This document shows, piece by piece, positions 1 to 12,310 of a stretch of DNA of 64,000 nucleotides; within the stretch, counting starts at the first letter, position 1, and the number at the start of each line of letters is the position of its first letter. The notes below the pieces were generated by a model, which ran no database searches, was not told the DNA's origin, and saw only the letters and a program-made list of their open reading frames with translations. The stretch spans positions 11,245,950 through 11,309,949 of the forward strand of contig NC_134026.1 in assembly GCF_964204645.1 (NCBI RefSeq), given 5' to 3'. Source of the stretch: Tubulanus polymorphus (Eukaryota > Animalia > Nemertea). The position numbers and the translations under genes were made by a program.

Positions 1-4
1 CAAG

Positions 5-1099
5 ATGAAAACGATAGAATCACTAGTTCGCAAAGTGCTGGACAGTGATCATAAAAAACGAGTTTCAAAAAATTCAACCACAAGAAACCTGATCAAATCA
101 ACAGAACAAGAGGCCGATTTTCTACTCGAATCAATCGAAGACGTGGTGAAAAAATTTCAGAAAGAAACTGAACTTTATCGACTGAATGAAGCCAGGTGTA
201 AAATGATAACCGAACGAATTATCGAAAATGTCTCAGGACGTCGATTTGTGGTCGAAAGGGCCCTCAGGTTTCAACATAAGGAAAACGATGATCAGACTCC
301 CTTAAGCCCGCGTTTTTACGAAGGGACAGCTGAAGGTGATATACTTCAAAACATCACGACAGACCGATCACTTCTCGTCGACGAATTGGATAATTTGGAA
401 AGACAACTGCAACATTATATGGCCGCCGAAAAAACTTTACTTGCTCGTTTAAGTGCAGCTACCCTGCATATCAAGATATCTAAGACAAATCTGGAATTTA
501 GCGACACAGATTTAAAGTCTATGGAAGCAGAAATGAGAATCGCAAGCAGGGAAACAGTAGGTGTGATTTTCAAAGATCTTCTCAATCGCGTTCAAATCGA
601 ACGAAAAGATACTGTTTTGGGGTTGTTAGAAATAACGAACCTGATCGAAAATCGTCTTGTAGCTTTTGGAAAGCGGCCGTCGAAAGTGAAATGCCAAACT
701 CGTAAGAAACCCAAATTTCACCCAGATATATCGTTACCAAAAAAGGTCAACGTTGTAATGGAATATCTGAAAGAATATATCGGCGAGGAACAGAAAATAT
801 CACAGAATTTCAGGGCCGAATTTTCGAAAAAGCGGAAGGAAATCGAAGAGAAATTATTCGTTGAATATCGGAAAGTGGAAACGTTAGAGGCAAAAATTAG
901 AACGATTGAGGGAGAGCGAGACAAGTATAAAAAGCTCTACGAATCGGAGCGGGCGATTAAAAAATTACCAACTTCATCCAGGGTGAAACGCACAAATGAT
1001 ACGCAGGTAAAAGATAAACTAATGATTATGATACCCTGTGATACAGCCGAAGATGCAACCGAGGTAGCTTCGAAACCAAAATTATGCTCGACGTCTTAG
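5..1099 (+). CDS. Coiled-coil-rich protein of unknown function (364 aa; may be a terminal exon or extend upstream of the window)
   Basis: 1.1-kb uninterrupted ORF in AT-rich DNA; E/K/L/R-rich heptad-like segments (e.g. LLVDELDNLERQLQHY, VETLEAKIRTIEGERDKYKKLYE); frame is open at the window edge; AATAAA follows at 1168. Confidence 0.7.
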   Translation: MKTIESLVRKVLDSDHKKRVSKNSTTRNLIKSTEQEADFLLESIEDVVKKFQKETELYRLNEARCKMITERIIENVSGRRFVVERALRFQHKENDDQTPLSPRFYEGTAEGDILQNITTDRSLLVDELDNLERQLQHYMAAEKTLLARLSAATLHIKISKTNLEFSDTDLKSMEAEMRIASRETVGVIFKDLLNRVQIERKDTVLGLLEITNLIENRLVAFGKRPSKVKCQTRKKPKFHPDISLPKKVNVVMEYLKEYIGEEQKISQNFRAEFSKKRKEIEEKLFVEYRKVETLEAKIRTIEGERDKYKKLYESERAIKKLPTSSRVKRTNDTQVKDKLMIMIPCDTAEDATEVASKPKLCSTS

Positions 1100-1167
1100 A
1101 TACTTTGATAAAATTCTAGTTCATTTCAGTAATAATATCATAGTTTCTTTTTATATATTTGTACAGT

Positions 1168-1173
1168 AATAAA
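1168..1173 (+). promoter_or_regulatory. Candidate polyadenylation signal of the coiled-coil gene
   Basis: AATAAA about 70 nt after the stop codon. Confidence 0.45.
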
Positions 1174-1180
1174 ACACCTC

Positions 1181-1215
1181 AATATAGCTGCGTACCGGCA
1201 CTGTCAGGTTCAAGC
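1181..1215 (-). mobile_element. Diverged HINE-like 3' terminus
   Basis: Minus strand reads gcttgaacctgacagtgccggtacgcagctatatt; 23/35 ungapped match to the window consensus GCAGAAACCCGTTATCGCTGCTTTGCAGCTATATT, last 11 nt identical. Confidence 0.45.
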
Positions 1216-1691
1216 ATTCTGTTATGACTGACTCTGAACAGAACAGTTTGGAAAGTAGAATTCAAAACAGAAGGATGTATCTTATGGACAAGATCATGAG
1301 AACTTAAATATCAAGTTTAACCCAAAATAACTTTTGTTTTTTACGATTGATAATGTTACTTGAATACATAATAATCCTTCTTGTGAAAGCTTAGCAGTCA
1401 TGAATGATGGATTACTGAAATATCAACGATTGAAAAGTGTAAATTTGAAGGAATTTTCACATTACGTAGTTCATCTGATATCAATGTAAATGGCGCTGAT
1501 GATGACATGATATCGGCCCCACGCTGAATTGAAGTCAGCGCGATTTCTAGCTTCATATTGATATTCGTGGCATTTAAAGTTTTAGTTATCCCCGTTTATC
1601 TTATATGAATGAGGGATGTCAGTCTATTCTATATGCTCAAAAATTAAAGAAACTGTTCAAATCGAATTTCGAAATAGACCTTTAATGCTCG

Positions 1692-2300
1692 TTCGTAACC
1701 ACTAAGATTCAGAATTTCTTTTCACTTAAATGTCCGACTCCTAAATCCTTGAAAGCTATGGTTGTCTACAAGTACACTTGTTTATGTGATATTAGCACTG
1801 CCTATATAGGTAAAACAAATACACACCTAGTAACAAGAGTTTAGGAGCACAAACTTAAGACTTCAGCAAATGACCAACATCTGTCAAATTGCCGTGACTG
1901 TCAGGTCTCGTTTAGCGAAAAGAATTTCAAAATTTTAGATAAAGGATCTTCTGATTTAGATTGCAAAATTAGAGAAGCACTTTTTATCAAAACTCAACAG
2001 CCCTCCCTTAATCAACAACTATTCGAACACGGGTCAGGATTCATTCTCAATGTTTTTAGATAATTAACTACTAATCAAATATCTTCACTCAGTAATTTAG
2101 ATTGTGTGTAATTAATTATCTTTGCATTATGATTATCTTGTCACTCAGTAATTTGAAATGGTTTGTAATTAGCTATGTCTTATTCTATATAAATACCAGT
2201 ATGATATGTAAATTCAATCACTTGCGCTATGCCTGAAGAGGGGATAATGTAACTCCCAAAAACGTTCGCTCTAATAAAAATATTACTCATTAGAAAATGA
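1692..2300 (+). mobile_element. Penelope-like retroelement 3' fragment (GIY-YIG endonuclease pseudogene plus 3' UTR)
   Basis: 1692-2063 translates FVTTKIQNFFSLKCPTPKSLKAMVVYKYTCLCDISTAYIGKTNTHLVTRV*EHK...NFKILDKGSSDLDCKIREALFIKTQQPSLNQQ: VVY...YIG motif, R-x-x-EH, EALFI..P.LN; stop at 1842-1844; degenerate hammerhead core at about 2233-2265. Confidence 0.9.
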
Positions 2301-3084
2301 GATTTGTACTGTTTTTGCTTCTATGGATTAAGAAAGAATTGTCACTTATAGTTTTTGGCTCCTCTGGAACCTATACAGTAAGTTCACGTAATAATCCGTC
2401 ATTTTGAATGGTTTCACTAACCGGTTTGGCAGGGCTCAGTACTGTCATGATAAAAAATCTGACATTCGGTAAAATTGAATACGTTGTAAGATAGTAAAAC
2501 ATTGGATATCTAAGGCTACACGACGAGTTATTAATTTGGCATTAGTAAACAATTGACGACAGAATATGACGGCAGACGGCATGTTCCCCTAACTTTAAAT
2601 CCTTAGAATTTAGCTTGCAGTTCGGTCAGGCATAAACATGAACAATGAATTCCATTAGTGAAATTGATTTATAGAAGAGGACATTCGGTTCGTGGCCATT
2701 GTTTCGACCAAACCATTATATCATCATACGGCAACAGGTAGTCCGTGAGTAAGGAAATTAAAATAAAATAAAGAAAATCAATATTTAGTTTATGAGCTGA
2801 TGTTGTCCATTTTGAGGTGACCCCTCACCAACGGCAGGACCTCGATTTCGAGGGGTTGTTTGCGGTTCCTGAACTTCGCTGAAAAAGATTAAAAACTAAA
2901 ACGCTGAAAAGAAAACAATGAAATTTCAGGGAATTCCCAAAAAACGCTGAAATTTCAGGGAATTTCCGAAAAACGCTGAAATCGTGCTTGGACCGACAAT
3001 ACACATTTTGTTTCTTTTTCTGGGCTGGTGTCCGCTACCGAGTCCTGAATCGTGCGTTAGTCTCTATCTAAAGTTCAACTTTTG

Positions 3085-3595
3085 ATGGCATCAGACCACA
3101 ATAATGGTAGTAGCGAGAAGATGCATAGGAGGGCTGGACCCCAAAAATAGTACGGTACCTAGAATGAAGAAGAGGTCCCCAATAAATGTTGCCATAATTC
3201 TGCAAATGGGATATGTAACGAATTTCGGATGTGTGTATGAAATCCATTGGACGAAAGACAAATTGATGATGAAATAAGAGATTTCCTGGACTTTTTTGCT
3301 TGGAGTAAGGCAACCAAACACGGTGGACGATTCCCTTGAAGGGCCTTCGATATTCGGCTCGGATGTACTGGCATACCTATACTGGGATACCCTCCTTTCT
3401 AAAGGTTTGATTATTTCAAAAGTTAGATTGGGTATGTGGGGCGAAAACCACTTCAATGTGTAGCCAAAAAGATGCTGGCCTATGAGCTATAAGCAGGATT
3501 TCCCCTGAATTTACGCGCTTATATATGAACTAAACTTTCGAATTTATTGTTTCTACAATAGGATATAGACAATTTTGGAATAGTGGTCTGAGCTC
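3085..3595. repeat. Unclassified interspersed repeat, copy 1 (copy 2 at about 54515-55870)
   Basis: Colinear similarity, e.g. ggtacctagaatgaagaagaggtcccc and gcaggatttcccctgaatttacgcgcttatatatgaactaaact occur at both loci. Confidence 0.85.
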
Positions 3596-4179
3596 TGATC
3601 GATTGATGGATGACCTCATTTCCTTGACAAGAGTCGGAATCTTCAGTTGAATCAGGAGGGACAATTTTTCAAGACACACTGTATAACATGATACTTACTA
3701 GCCGAAAACTAGTTCATCAAAACTACATCAGTTCCGAGAACTACCATCATGCGTCCCCAAAATGGAAAATCAAATAAATGATATTATTCTTCATTTATTT
3801 ACATCTTATTTGTCTGTGCATTACGATATTAATTGTTGTTATTGTTTCATGTGCACGTACTGGTACGAGCTAACAATGAAGTTATCACTTCTTTTAAATA
3901 AATTCTTAATCACACTAATTCTTAATACTTTTTCTTATTGTTTGGCGATTCCTTCCAGCTTATCATTTCCACGTTTCATACAAGTAGTAGTTGAATGAAA
4001 GTACAGTACTTAAGGCTGAACCTGATAATTCAACCCTTATAGTATACTGTACTTAGCATAGCTTCGATTGAGTGTCATATTTCTACAATACAAGGAGGAG
4101 GAGTCTTCAAGCGTCTTTCCCGGGTGTAAGACCTGGTTTACTTTCTCAACTTGCTGGAGAATACTATCTGCAATTATTA

Positions 4180-4340
4180 TTGAATAGAAGAGTATATAAT
4201 AATATATATCTATAATATAGATTTTGAGTAACGTTTCGGCTAAACACTATCCGTTATTTCGTTTTGGTCTCAGTACGCCTGATGATGGCTAATAGTGTTT
4301 AGCCGAAACGTTGCTCAAAATATATACTCTTCTCTTCAAG
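4180..4340 (+). mobile_element. Penelope-like inverted pseudo-LTR remnant with minimal hammerhead ribozyme motif
   Basis: Inverted arms 4180-4250 / 4292-4339; CTGATGA (4279-4285), stem II ggcta/tagcc, GAAA-CGTT (4305-4312). Confidence 0.7.
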
Positions 4341-4893
4341 AATTGTTCATCTTTGATTGAATCATTGTCGTTATCTGCATTCAAGCTTAGATTTGTCTAG
4401 TCTATAAGAGTGGAACAACATCTTCTCATGCACAGGCTTGGCTTAAGTGTAGATGAAGGCTTGGCACTGCACATTGTGGATTAACTGGAACTCAAAACTC
4501 AAGATTAAACGAGTCAACAAGACAGATCCAACAAATTGGACGTTTGTCTAACTATATTAATTAACAGCTTAAAATATACGTAATAAATTCTGCAAGAGTA
4601 CACAAAAGAAATCAGTTCTTGCATTTAATCAGAATCAATAGTCAAAGCCACATATTCACTTAGCTCGGGCTTGAATTCTGGTTCCATTGCTTTATGTTCT
4701 AATGAAATCCCCTTGCTTACCTCGGAATAGTATGGTGGCTGATTCGGGCCATGATGAAAAAATTTTCTGTACGGCTAGAGCAACGATAAGAAAATTTTCA
4801 CAGTGGCCCTTTTTTTGGTTTTCTCGCGCGAGAATTCAAAAAGTTTGGTTTTCTCGCGCTAGAAAACAAAACATTTTGGAAAAACCATTTTAA

Positions 4894-6168
4894 AGGAAAT
4901 GAAATGCAGATATTTGGGCTCAAGTCCATTATAGCATTAAATAGTTCCAGCAGAGACTTATCACATTGGACTGGTATTTGGAATTAATCCGCCAATATTG
5001 GACGGATTTAATCTTACGACATTACGCTATAGGGTCGTGCGAACATACCGACATACCGACAAACCGACATACCGACGAACCGACGAACCGGCATACCGAC
5101 GAACCGACAAATCCGTGCGTGGATTCTGCGGCTGGAAGCGAGGGGCTGCGTGTTTGCGTGGATTACCCTCATATGAAGTGGCTGGGATCGAGGGGCTTGT
5201 ACCTGGATTACCCTTGTATAAATTGGCTGGGATCGAGGGGCTGTGTGGTGCATGGATTACCCTTATATAAAGTGGCTGGGATCGAGGGGCTGGGTATATG
5301 CGTGGATTACCCGCCGATTGCCCTCATATAAACTGCCTAGGATCGAGGGGCTGCGTGGTTGCGTGGTTTTAATCGGTCGACAATCGGGGTTGTAGACATT
5401 GTCGACGAGTAGAATCGGTCGACAATCAGGATTGTAGACATTGTCAACGAGTAGAATCGGTCCACAATCGGGATTGTAGACATTGTCGACGAGTAGAATC
5501 AGTCGACGATCGGGGTTGTAGACATTGTCGACGAGTAGAGTCGGTCGACAATCGGGGTTGTAGACATTGTCGACGTGTAAAATCGGTCGCAGCCGAATAA
5601 CCCCTTTTCTATAAATGTATCTTTGAGCGGGGAACTATTCCACGCTATACTGGACTTGAACCGAACGTCCCCACTCTTACAAGAAATCCTTCAATTTTCC
5701 TACGCTACAAAACTCGAATTCCTCAAAGCACTCAAAGTCCATTTTTAACCATACGAAAATAAAGGTAATATATAACCAAAAGAAGCAATATTAATGATAT
5801 CAAACCAGTATAAAATCTTATTTTTCCGATTTCTTTTCGCAAATCTCAATGTTCGGTGAAATGGCGGTGCGCAGTGGGAGACCCCTTTTGCGCGTAATCT
5901 CAAACTCAAGCGGGTACAGATCAGTCCTCAGGAAAGATATACAAAAAATTTTAAAGCAGGCCTAGACTGCAAATAACCCTCTCTAATCTCTGTGAAAATT
6001 GGAAATATAGCTTCAATACATACTTAGATATTTCAAAATTAATAAATATCGCGATTTCTTTTACGCGCGGTTAAGATATGCGGTCCTTGGTTTCACATCG
6101 TCACTATTATCAATTGTTGCGTTCAAAAATTCCAAAAATCGCCAGCAAATATCTGCATTTCATTTCCT
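4894..6168. mobile_element. Kolobok-like non-autonomous DNA transposon
   Basis: TIRs AGGAAATGAAATGCAGATATTTG / CAAATATCTGCATTTCATTTCCT, TTAA on both sides (4890-4893, 6169-6172), AG...CT termini. Confidence 0.85.
5040..5590. repeat. Three abutting minisatellites (about 16, 58 and 42 bp units)
   Basis: accgacataccgacga-type units 5040-5110; ggattacccttatataaagtggctgggatcgaggggctg-type units 5120-5370; aatcggtcgacaatcggggttgtagacattgtcgacgagtag x5 at 5371-5590. Confidence 0.9.
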
Positions 6169-6329
6169 TTAAAAATGGTGTATAAATTAAGTTCATCGAG
6201 CAAGGGACTGCAGAACTATATGATATTCAATCTAAACTTATGGTCTAAAAATGAGCGCAAATTATCGCAACAATGGGGACCTCGAGGGACCGCCACAAAA
6301 TGGCGCCTAGAAACTTGAAACTTCTTTAT

Positions 6330-6665
6330 TAATAGTCCCTCAATTTAAGCATAATATCATACGATTCGTTGGTTGAATGGAGGGGCTCTTTAAATGAACG
6401 TACGGTCGGTGTGGTCAATATAGAAAGTACAAAGATCGAACAAGGAACTAAAAACGGCTAGGGCAGAATTTACTGTTAGTTATTTAAATGATAGGTTTTG
6501 TACTACAGGCAGGTCACACAGGGTAGGGGGTGTGGGGTTGGTCCCTAGAACTCTTAACATGAAGCATTTAGATTCATTTCCCGACCAATTAATGAATGAT
6601 TTTCGTTAGCAAAAAATAACAGGATTCTGCATTTATGCGCCGTCCATTGGACGGGTGTTCAGCTA
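6330..6665. repeat. Direct repeat copy 1 (copy 2 at about 8092-8466)
   Basis: Shared blocks tttaaatgaacgtacgg, ggtgtggggttggt, caggattctgcatttatgcgccg, gccgtccattggacgggt; copy 2 has an extra about 42 bp bounded by gccg. Confidence 0.85.
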
Positions 6666-7118
6666 GTCTATACTATAAGGCGGAACGGACGGTATTTACC
6701 GCGACACATTGTAGGGAAATTAATGCATGTATTGAAACGTCCTTCCTTTTACTGATGCTTAATGCCAGTTGTTCCCGTCGTCAAGTTATTCCCGTCGTCA
6801 AGTTACATGTTTCAAAAAGATTGGTGGTCCGAGGGAGTCACAATATTCAGTACCGTACTATACCTCTGCAGTAATACGATAGAAATTTATTGACCTGACC
6901 GACTAGGGATACACAACGCAGCATCATAACAGTGCATGACACAGTTCTCTCACACCGACACTGAGTTGTTATAATATAAACCATTGGTTTTAAGACATTC
7001 ATACACGTAATCTTTGGATCAAAATTAGTATGATTGGACTTAGCGATATGTTCTGACCGTGTTGCCGGCCCATACGCAGCGTCTCAGAATGGTTCCATAC
7101 CACAGACAGGTAACTGGC

Positions 7119-7784
7119 GGGTGTTTGAACTTCGCTGAATCACTGAATCACTGAATTGCCGAATCGCTAAATTCTGTGTTAATTATAATTTTTCATTTCA
7201 TTGAGTTTTTCAATCATTGTATAAAAAACCAATGTAGGCTATAATAAATGATAAAAAGCATATAAATGACAGCATATTTGACGACGGTTACGCATTTAGA
7301 GCAAGATTAAAGTTATTGATAGCGCTCTAACATTGAATTGAATTCGCGGTAAGCGGCCCGGCAGGACAAACAAACGCCAGTTTATTTGTAATTGCATCCA
7401 GCAGTCAACTATTTCATTTCTAATCGTTGCCTCTCATTTCAATCGTCATGATTTTTTGTATATTTTTCTATCATATCTGACCTCAGGTTCCCAGGACGAA
7501 TCCCTACTTAAGCTGTAAGACTACATCGAAGTACCGATGACGTTAGCCGAAAGCCATTTCCGCTCTCCGCAAAATACGTCCGTTACCGTAGTCAAACTGA
7601 ATTTTTAACGAATGTAACAAAATAAATCAATGGATCGATCAAATAATACACTTTCTTTAGAATATGTAAAATCTACATGGATTCAGCGTATTTAGAAATA
7701 AATTCAATGAATCAGCAAAATTGATATAATAATCAGCGTTTTAGCGATTCAGTGATTCAGTGATTCAGCGATGTTCGGACACCC
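7119..7784. mobile_element. Mutator-like MITE
   Basis: TIRs GGGTGTTTGAACTTCGCTGAATCACTGAATCACTGAA / TTCAGTGATTCAGTGATTCAGCGATGTTCGGACACCC; 9-bp TSD gtaactggc / gtcactggc. Confidence 0.85.
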
Positions 7785-8091
7785 GTCACTGGCAGATAGG
7801 GAGCCCAAAAGCAGCCTCTCGGAATGGCTCGGGGGCTGCGGATGCGTGTGTTCGTGGTAAATTTTCTAAGAGAGCGTTCGAATAGTACATACGTTTATGG
7901 GGAGGGGTAAACAAATAATGTAGTAACTTTGTACGGGGAAGGGGTCAAAGAATATGTACGTACTTTTCTGACAAAGGCTCTCTTAAGAAAATGTATGTAT
8001 TATGAGAGATATAAAAAAAGAATAATGTCAAACAGTGATACAAAATACAGAATCCAAATATCATCGTCGAACTACTCTCGGCAATTTTCGA

Positions 8092-8466
8092 TTAATGGTA
8101 GTCCCACAATTTAAGCATACTATCATGCAAATTGTTGGAGATAGGAGGGGCTTTTTAAATGAACGTACGGGTGGTGTGGTCAATATAGTAAGAACAAAGA
8201 TCGAACAAGGACGAGGGGCCTAACAGCGGCCGGGGCATAGGTTTTGTACCACGGACAGGTCAGACGGGGTAGAGGAGGTGTGGGGTTGGTTCCGAGAACT
8301 CTAAACAATCATTTGAAGCAATTAGATTAATTTCCCGGCCAATTAAAATGAATGATGTTCGTTAGCAAAAAAATATCAGGATTCTGCATTTATGCGCCGA
8401 GGCGGTGTGCTCACGACCAACGTGCGGTCAACGCGAAAGCCGTCCATTGGACGGGTATTCAGCTAT
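8092..8466. repeat. Direct repeat copy 2 of 6330-6665
   Basis: See copy 1. Confidence 0.85.
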
Positions 8467-9573
8467 ATGTAAATTAATAAAATGATAGTTTCATCATTAC
8501 TACGTACTTCGCATACTTTCAAATCGTGTGACTTGTGGTATTGCTAAAGTTTAGTTCTACATAATCACACGATTAAACTTTCATTGAAAATATGTTTTTG
8601 ATTCATTTTTTGCCTTTTGTTCCCATCATCTAAATAGTTCACTGATAGCTTCCAAATCACCAGCGAGAACTTGCTGTTGCAGTTTGAGCAGCTAGGTTTG
8701 ACTAGTTTGCCATCTAATGGAAACTTAAGTTATGAGCTATGTCACCCACATTACTCTCCTACCATTTTCATGGTACGAGAAGAGAAGAGAAGTATTTCCA
8801 TATATTAAAGATGTAAACATTTAGCAACATGAAAAAAAATTATTTACAATATATTCAAATAGATGTACTATTTACAATACACTATATGAAGTGATATGTA
8901 TATATCTAAACCACTTTAGATTTTGTTAATTAGAAATTTGGAGGTTTTAATAGGTCTATGTCAAAGTTTCTAAATGTGTCTAAATTTCGACTGGTTTCAT
9001 TAAGTTTGGTAAGTAGGGTACGATCAAAGAGAAAATTAGGTTAGAAAATCTATGAAGAGAGAAAAGCTACGACCTTATTATTAACTGAAACAAGAGGCCC
9101 GTGGGCCATGAACCTTCGGTAATGATGTTGTGCATTTAATTATTTCGCTTATATTGTATATATAACCAAATTGAGATATTTTTTGCACTGTTACCAAATA
9201 TTTCAAAACAGCTTTCGGACGTAGGACCGTAGTGACTTTTTTAACGAGACATAATCGATTTTACTAGCATGAGTTTTCTCCTTGTAGAGGAGCACACAGG
9301 AAGACTAAAATCTTTCGACGAACACAGCAAATGAAGATAATTTTTTTCGTTCTCGTTTATAAGCGCTTGATAACAAGCTGGAACTTTTTGGCATTATTCC
9401 TTTAGGTTTATGTTGGATGCGTTGTCAATCATTCTAATTTGAAATAACAAATATAGACTTTCGTTGTAGAATAAACAATTTGATAAATTTCATACTGGAC
9501 GTATGGGCCCGATTACGATTACGATTACGATAACGATTTCGATTTTATTTACACTATATAAGATTTATTTACA

Positions 9574-12091
9574 CTATAAAATATAGGACCCGACCCTAAA
9601 TTCAAATAAACTAGTTCCTAAGTCATCACCAAGTTCTATTATATACTTCTCTAACCTAATATCCTTTTTATATGTCCTAAAGTTAGTGTATATCGGATTA
9701 GTATTTATAGCAGATACGGTTTCTTGAAGGTGCTGGTCACGGAGTATCTGTTTTATTCGTTTTGAAAAGGATTTACTGTTAGTCATGAATTGCTGCGTCC
9801 AAATGCAGGACAAACCACAATCATCGAAGGTTTTCTTTATATATCATAACCAAGGGCTCTTAAATTTATCCCTTAAAAATAAATTGAAAGATATTTTATA
9901 AAGTATTGAATTAAGTTTGGTTTGCTTTCCAGATACTGTTTTAACTCAAAAGTTAATCATCCTGCGTCTAACATCTATATTCAAAGGATAACGTCCTAGC
10001 TCTGATAAAACTTGTAAGTTGCGAGAATATTTCCTCACTTTCATTAAGATTTTACAAAAGAAGCAATGAATATTTTTTGATAAATCAAGATTTTCGTATC
10101 CCCAGATCTCACACCCATACGTGGCTATTGGAGCAACACACATATCAAATAATTTAAACATAACATCTATGGGCAATTTCAAACGTCTGCCTTTTTGAAC
10201 GATCGAAAACATAGCTCTCATAGCTTTATCGTAAAGATACTTTTTTGCCTTAGCAAAGTTACCATTCCAATTAAATTTTACTCCGAGATAAACATAATCT
10301 TCAACTACCTCTAACTCGTGATCACCAAACATGAATTTCGAATTCGTTTTTATCCGGGATTTACTTCGCGCAAATACTAGTACTTAAGTTTTCTCTGAGT
10401 TTACAGTGAGACCATTAACGGCACAATATTCAAATAAGGTATATAAGTGTAGCTGAAGAGATTTCTCATCCTCAGCAAGAATAACTGTATCATCTGCGTA
10501 TAGTATTATGAATAAATTCAGTAAAGTATCAATATCCTGGTCACGATTCAAATTTAGGTTTTTCAATAAATGACAAAGTCGGTTTTCCACGATCAATGAA
10601 AAATTCTTTAATGTCGTTTAAGAATAACCAAAAGAGGATAGATGAGAGATTTTCGCCTTGTCTTAAGCCTCTTTCAGCTGCAAAGTATTGTGACGTGCAA
10701 TCATTAAATTTAACACATGATTTTATGGAATTATACATATTTTTGACCACATTGAAAACGTTTCCAATAACACTGTTAGCAATTATTTTTCGCCATAATG
10801 TTACCCTACAAATCGAGTCGAAAGCTTTCTTAAAATCAACAAAGGCGCAAAAAAAGTCTTCTTCCCTGACAAAGATACAGCTCTACGAATGTTTAAAGCG
10901 TGTAAATATGATCAATGGTGGAATATTTCGATCTAAAGCCAGCTTGGGCTTCACTTATAATGTCATTCGTATCTAGGAATGTTGACAATCGTTGATTTAG
11001 GATACTTGTAAATAACTTACCAACACAGCTAACTAAGGTAATACCTCTATAATTATCAGGATTAGAGGGATCGCCATTCTTTTTGAAAATGGGTTTGATG
11101 ACGCCTATAGACCACATCTCCGGAACATATCCCGTTTTAAGAACTAAATTGAATAATATTTGTAATATATCAACTAAAATGGATACTGACTTACTCCCAA
11201 CAGCTCATTCGTGATTCCATCAATGCCTGGGGCCTTATTGTTTTTGAGTAAAGAGCCTTAATTACTTCATCACTGGTTATATCACTGTTCAAAATATAAT
11301 TGTCATAGACAGGAGGGTCACCCACGTCTGGGGGCTCATCACCGTCATCGGTTTCATTGTTAACATTATTCAAACCATTTAATCTCATAAAATGTTCAAG
11401 AAAAATATCAATATCTATATTAGCCTCATTATTTTTTGTTCCGCTCGCAGAGTTTAGCATCGCCCAATACTTTTTTGGGTTATTGATTTCGCTTTCTCTC
11501 AATTCCTTAATAAATTCATCTTCTTGTTTTTTCTTATTTCCTCGGATGACCTTTTTATAGTTTTTAGATGAGTTCTTAATTGGAAGGGGTAGGGCAACCC
11601 CCATATCTTTTTTTCATATAATTATATTTCTTCTGTGCATCTCTACAGTCCCTGCCAAACCATCTGTTGCGAACCGTTTTTTTGCAGTTATTACTTTTCC
11701 CACTTTTTCTATGGTACATCGAATTACACTCATCAGCACTTGATACAAATCTATCGGTAAGTCCATTTATGTCATCTGGCGATTGATTTCCTAGATCTTG
11801 TAACCCATCCAAAAGTAACTTATCTAAATCATTATCTCGTAATTTTGATTCTACATTCAGGAAAAATTGATTTGATCTAGTACTGTCCCACCTAATTGAA
11901 GTGTTAAAGTTCGCGTGTTCATTACCCCTTTCATTATCGCTAGCAATGGTTTCCCTAGAATTCGTATACACGCAGATTAATAGGATTATGTTCATCAGAT
12001 AATAATGGTTCAAAAGGCATCATTTCAAAGTCCTCAACATAACCAAACAGTTCTAAATCACACACAAAATAATCGATGACACTAGTCACAC
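9574..12091 (-). mobile_element. Decayed non-LTR retrotransposon (LINE) ORF2: endonuclease C-terminus plus reverse transcriptase
   Basis: Successive minus-strand fragments: VIDYFV...LSDEHNPI (APE end), PIFKKNGDPSNPDNYRGITLVSCVGKLFTSIL, QAGFRSKYSTIDHI, GLRQGENLS, LYADD, YVYLGV, YGCEIWG; many frameshifts and stops; 5' truncated. Confidence 0.95.
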
Positions 12092-12310
12092 CCGCCAAAA
12101 CAATGAAAAAACGTCGAAATTTCTCTAAAAATCCGTTTTGGCGCGCAAGAACAGAGCATATTCCGTTTTGGCACACCCGCCAAAACAAACTTTCATTTTG
12201 GCGCCCCCGCCAAAACAACGAAAAACGTTCAATTTTCTATGAAAGTCCGTTTTGGCGCGCCAAAACAAAAAAGATTATTTCGTTTTGTCGCGGTTATTTT
12301 TGTTTTGCAA
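12091..12310. repeat. MITE-like subterminal repeat cluster truncating the LINE
   Basis: Repeated gccaaaac / gttttggc units in both orientations. Confidence 0.6.

Noticed and set aside
2233-2268. Active hammerhead in the first Penelope remnant
   Set aside because: The GAAA core reads AAAA; kept only as a degenerate motif.
5371-5590. CRISPR-like array
   Set aside because: 42-bp units are tandem with no unique spacers; no cas genes; eukaryotic context.
6330-8466. LTR retrotransposon or TRIM bounded by the two direct repeats
   Set aside because: No TG...CA ends, PBS, PPT or TSD found; repeats are quite diverged.
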